Of a DNA stretch of 64,000 bases, positions 60,465-64,000 are shown one piece after another (within the stretch, counting starts at the first letter, position 1; each line of letters starts with the position of its first letter). The notes beneath the pieces were generated by a model. That model saw only the letters and a program-made list of their open reading frames with translations, was not told the DNA's origin and made no database searches. Position numbers and translations under genes: made by a program. The DNA is from Malacoraja senta (lineage: Eukaryota). Where the stretch lies: positions 1 to 64,000 of the forward strand of contig JAXLNO010001219.1 in the NCBI GenBank assembly GCA_038087875.1, in the 5' to 3' direction.

Positions 60465-61320
60465 TGGTTGGGTGAGTGGGCAGATGCATGGCAGATGAAG
60501 TTTAATGTGGATAAATGTGAGTTTATCCACTTTAGTAGCAAAATCAGGAAGGCAGATTATTATCTGAATGTTGTCAGGTTGGGAAAAGGGGAAGTACAAA
60601 GAGATCTGGGGGTCCTTGTTCATCACTCACTGAAAGTAAGCATGCAGGTACAGCAGGCAGTGAAGAAAGCTAGTGGCATGTTGACCTTAATAACAAGAGG
60701 AGTTGAGTACAGGAGCAAAGAAGTCCTTCTGCAGTTGTACATGGCACCAGTGAGACCACACCTGGATTATTGTTTGCAGTTTTGATCTCCAAATTTGAGG
60801 AAGGACCTTCTTGCTATCGAGGGAGTGCAGTGTATGTTGAGGGAGTGCAACAAGGTTAATTCCCGGGATGGCGGGACTGTCATCTGTTGATTGAATGGTG
60901 CGGGTGCGCTTGTATACTCAGGAATTTAGAAGGATGAGATGGGATCTTATTGAAAAATATAAGATTATTAAGGGATTGGACACGCGAGAGGCAGGAAACT
61001 TTTTCCCGATATTAAGAATAATGGATAGGCCATTTAGAACGGAGATGAGGAAAAACGTTTTCACCCAGAGAGTTGTGAATCTGTGGAATCATCTGCCTCA
61101 GAAGGCAGTGGGGGCCGATTCACTGGATGCATTCAAAAGAGAGTTAGATAGAGCGCTTTGGGCTAGCGGAATCAAGGGGTATGGGGAAAGGCAGGAACGG
61201 GGTACTGATTGTGGATGATCAGCCATGAACACATTGAATAGCGGTGCTGGCTCGAAGGGCTGTATGGCCTACACCTGCACCTATTGCCTATGTATCTATG
61301 TATCTCTTTATCTATGTCTG
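60465..61320 (+). mobile_element. CR1 LINE 3' fragment
   Basis: ORFs 60456-60785 and 60895-61218. Paralog of 21585-22440. Confidence 0.8.
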
Positions 61321-62321
61321 TATCTACAGTTCCTTGTGTCTCCACCTCTGATATTGAAAAGCAAGACCAATCAAATATTCAGCAAGAGAACACTATACCC
61401 GTTAGAGTAACTGGGCGCAGTGGTTTCCTGCTGATTGTTATCGGGTGTTACATTTGTATTTGAAGTGAACCCTACTGATGTTAACGACTCACGAATAGAT
61501 TTAGGTTCTGTTGAGATAAGGAAATAAAAGACAATTAAAGATAGACAAAAAAATGCTGGATTAACTCAGCGAGACAGGCAGCATCGCTGGAGAGAATGAA
61601 TGGGTAACGTTTCGGGTCTGAGCATGGGTCTCGACCCGAAACGTCAGAGCGAGAGAGTTAGATGGAGCTCTAAAAGATAGCGGCGCTATGGGATATGGTG
61701 AGAAGGTAGGAACGGGGTACTGATTGTGGATAATCAGCCATGATCATAGTGAATGTCGGTGCTGGCTCGAAGGGCCGAATGGCCTACTCCTACCACTGTT
61801 GTCTCTTATCTCTTGACCAGCTTTATTGTAACCCGTCTGTCCTCCGTTCTCAGTCAGGGCTATGTAAAAGCAGTGGCGGCGGTGAATGCCTAAACACGGG
61901 TCCGGCCCAGTGTCTGTTGAGAGATGAATGTTGGCAGCGTAGCCGGCGGCACCGCCAATGAAATAGCAAAGTGAGGTATTTCTGCAGGGTGAGAGGCCGG
62001 GCACCGCCTGGGATTGTTGAAAGGCAGCTCCTGCAACACTGCCGCGCTCCCTCAGTACCGCACTGCGATCCCAGCCCAGTTTCTGTTCAGGGATCTGGAG
62101 TAGGAAGTGAACCCTAATTGTACTGACCCGGCGACAGAACACTGACACAACAGGTACAATAACAGCACTGGCTGCACTTCAGACCGGAGACATTGGCCGT
62201 GAAGCAATATGACACATCGTGGAACGATTTAAGTTTTCTTTCATGTAATCTTCAAAATGTATCTATTTCCATTAAACAGTTCATTTGCTCTCCATCTGAA
62301 AGTTTCTCCCCTCCATTTCAG

Positions 62322-62636
62322 CTGCAGTGTGGGGAGAGACGTATGTAAGAGGAGTTGTGGCAAGAGCGATCACAATCGATTGCCACTATGCAGCAGAGTA
62401 CCGCTCACACACAAAATACTGGTGCCGTGTGCAGAGTCGCCAATGTACGGATGTGGTGGACACAAATGGGCAACACGGACGGAGTGGAAGAATGTCAATC
62501 ACCGATAACCCGGCACGAGGAATATTTACTTTGACTGTGGAGGATCTTCACTCTGGAGATACAGGATGGTACAGGTGTGGAATTACTACATCTAACGGCC
62601 GTCCAATGTTAAACGTAGAACTCCAAGTATCTGACG
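62322..62636 (+). CDS. Gene C exon V2'
   Basis: Acceptor atttcag|CT, donor GACG|gtacgt, 315 nt, phase 1-1. Confidence 0.93.
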
Positions 62637-62835
62637 GTACGTTTCGCAGCGATTGACTTGTCGTCTCCACTGAAGTGCCTGATCAATGTTTTCTCCGGGA
62701 AGGGTCAGGGCAGCACCGATATCCCGAGGCTCGGCAGCAGTGCAGAGACCTGTGGGGAGCGGGCGGGGGTCGGGAAACCGCACTCATTTTGCTCTCACCC
62801 TGTGCGGGGTCTGCCCCATTGAGCGGCCACCCACT

Positions 62836-64000
62836 TAGAAACATAGAAACATAGAAAATAGGTGCAGGAGGAGGCCATTCGGCCCTTCGAGCCAGCACCG
62901 CCATTCATTGCCATCATGGCTGATCGTCCCCAATCAATAACCTATGCCTGCCTTCTCCCCATATCCCTTGATTACACTACACCCTGGAGCTCTATCTGAC
63001 TCTCTCTTAAATCCATCCAGTGATTTGGCCTCCACTGTCCTCTGTGGTAGTGAATGCCACAAATTCACAACTCTCTGGGTGAAAACGTTTTTTCTCACCT
63101 CTGCCTTAAATGGCCTCCCCTTTATTCTAAGACTGTGGCCCCTGGTTCTGGACTCGCCCAACATTGGGAACACTTTTCCTGCATCTAGCTTGTCTAGTTC
63201 TTTTATAATTGTATGTCTTTCTATAAGATCCCCTCTCATCCTTCTAAACTCCAGTGAATACAAGCCTAGTCTTTTCAATCTCTCCTCATAAGACAGACCC
63301 GCCATCCCAGGGATCAATCTCGTGAACCTATGCTGCACTGCCTCAATCACAAGGATGTCCTTCCACAATTAGGAGACCAAAACTGTACGCAATACTCCAG
63401 ATGTGGTCTTTCCAGAGCCCTATACAACTGCAGAAGAACCTCTCTACTATATTGAAATCCTCTTGTTATGAAGGCCAAAATTCCATTAGCTTTCTTCACT
63501 GCCTGCTGTACCTGCAAGCCAACTTTCAGTGACCAGTGCACAAGGAAACCCAGGTCTCGCTGCGCCACCCCCTTACCTAACCTAACCCCGTTGTGATAAT
63601 AATCTGCCGCCTTGTTTTTGCCACCAAAGTGGATAACCTCACATTTATCTATATTATACTTCCACGCATCTGCCCACTCACTCAACCTGTCCTGGTCACC
63701 CTGCAACCTCCTAACATCCTCTTCACAGTTCACACTGCCATCCAGCTTTGTGTCATCCGCAAACTTGCTAGTGTTGCTCCTAATTCCCTCTTCCAAATCA
63801 TTAATATATATGGTAAACAGTTGCGGCCCCAACACCGAGCCTTGCGGCACTCCACTCGCCACTGCCTGCCATTCTGAAAAGGACCCGTTCACTCCTACTC
63901 TTTACTTCCTGTCTGCCAACCAATTTTCTATCCACGTCAACACCCTACTCCCAATACCAATCGCTCTAATTTAAGTCACCAGTCTCTCGGGCGGGTCCTT
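62836..64000 (-). mobile_element. CR1 LINE 3' fragment (runs off the window)
   Basis: ORFs 62934-63368 and 63347-63892 ([14 protein letters not shown]). Paralog of 23950-25285. Confidence 0.87.

Larger units (their letters stand above)
57870..64000 (+). repeat. Segmental duplication of 19139 to about 25200 (gene C versus gene B 5' part)
   Basis: Collinear promoter region, leader, V1, V2 and shared CR1 insertions; offset about 38.7-38.9 kb. Confidence 0.9.

Overview
Vertebrate genomic DNA, not microbial. It is most likely a cartilaginous fish such as a skate; this is inferred from the repeat content and receptor type. Most entries in the ORF track are spurious or transposon-derived. The window holds a + strand tandem cluster of multi-exon Ig-superfamily receptor genes, reconstructed by hand from AG/GT splice sites and exon phases. 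They are built from CD300/pIgR-like V domains and FcR-like/PECAM-like C2 domains. Gene A (5' end outside the window) ends C2-V-C2-stalk, then an Arg-containing TM exon and a very short tail, i.e. activating type. Gene B is complete (19480-47379, 11 exons, 798 aa): leader-V-V-V-C2-V-C2-stalk-neutral TM-tail with two ITIMs and one ITSM, i.e. inhibitory type. A deletion-fused V-exon relic sits at about 54.2-54.8 kb, and gene C starts at 58209 (leader-V-V, running off the window). A and B share a nearly identical stretch of about 3.9 kb covering C2a and V4 but have unrelated TM/tail halves, so this looks like a paired activating/inhibitory receptor system diversified by exon-module duplication and gene conversion. 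It probably relates to the MDIR-type receptors reported from skate. Introns and spacers are filled with CR1 LINEs (one full length), Penelope-like fragments with hammerhead-like motifs, a Rex1-type LINE, tRNA-derived SINEs, and a truncated LTR element with a tRNA-Ser primer-binding site.
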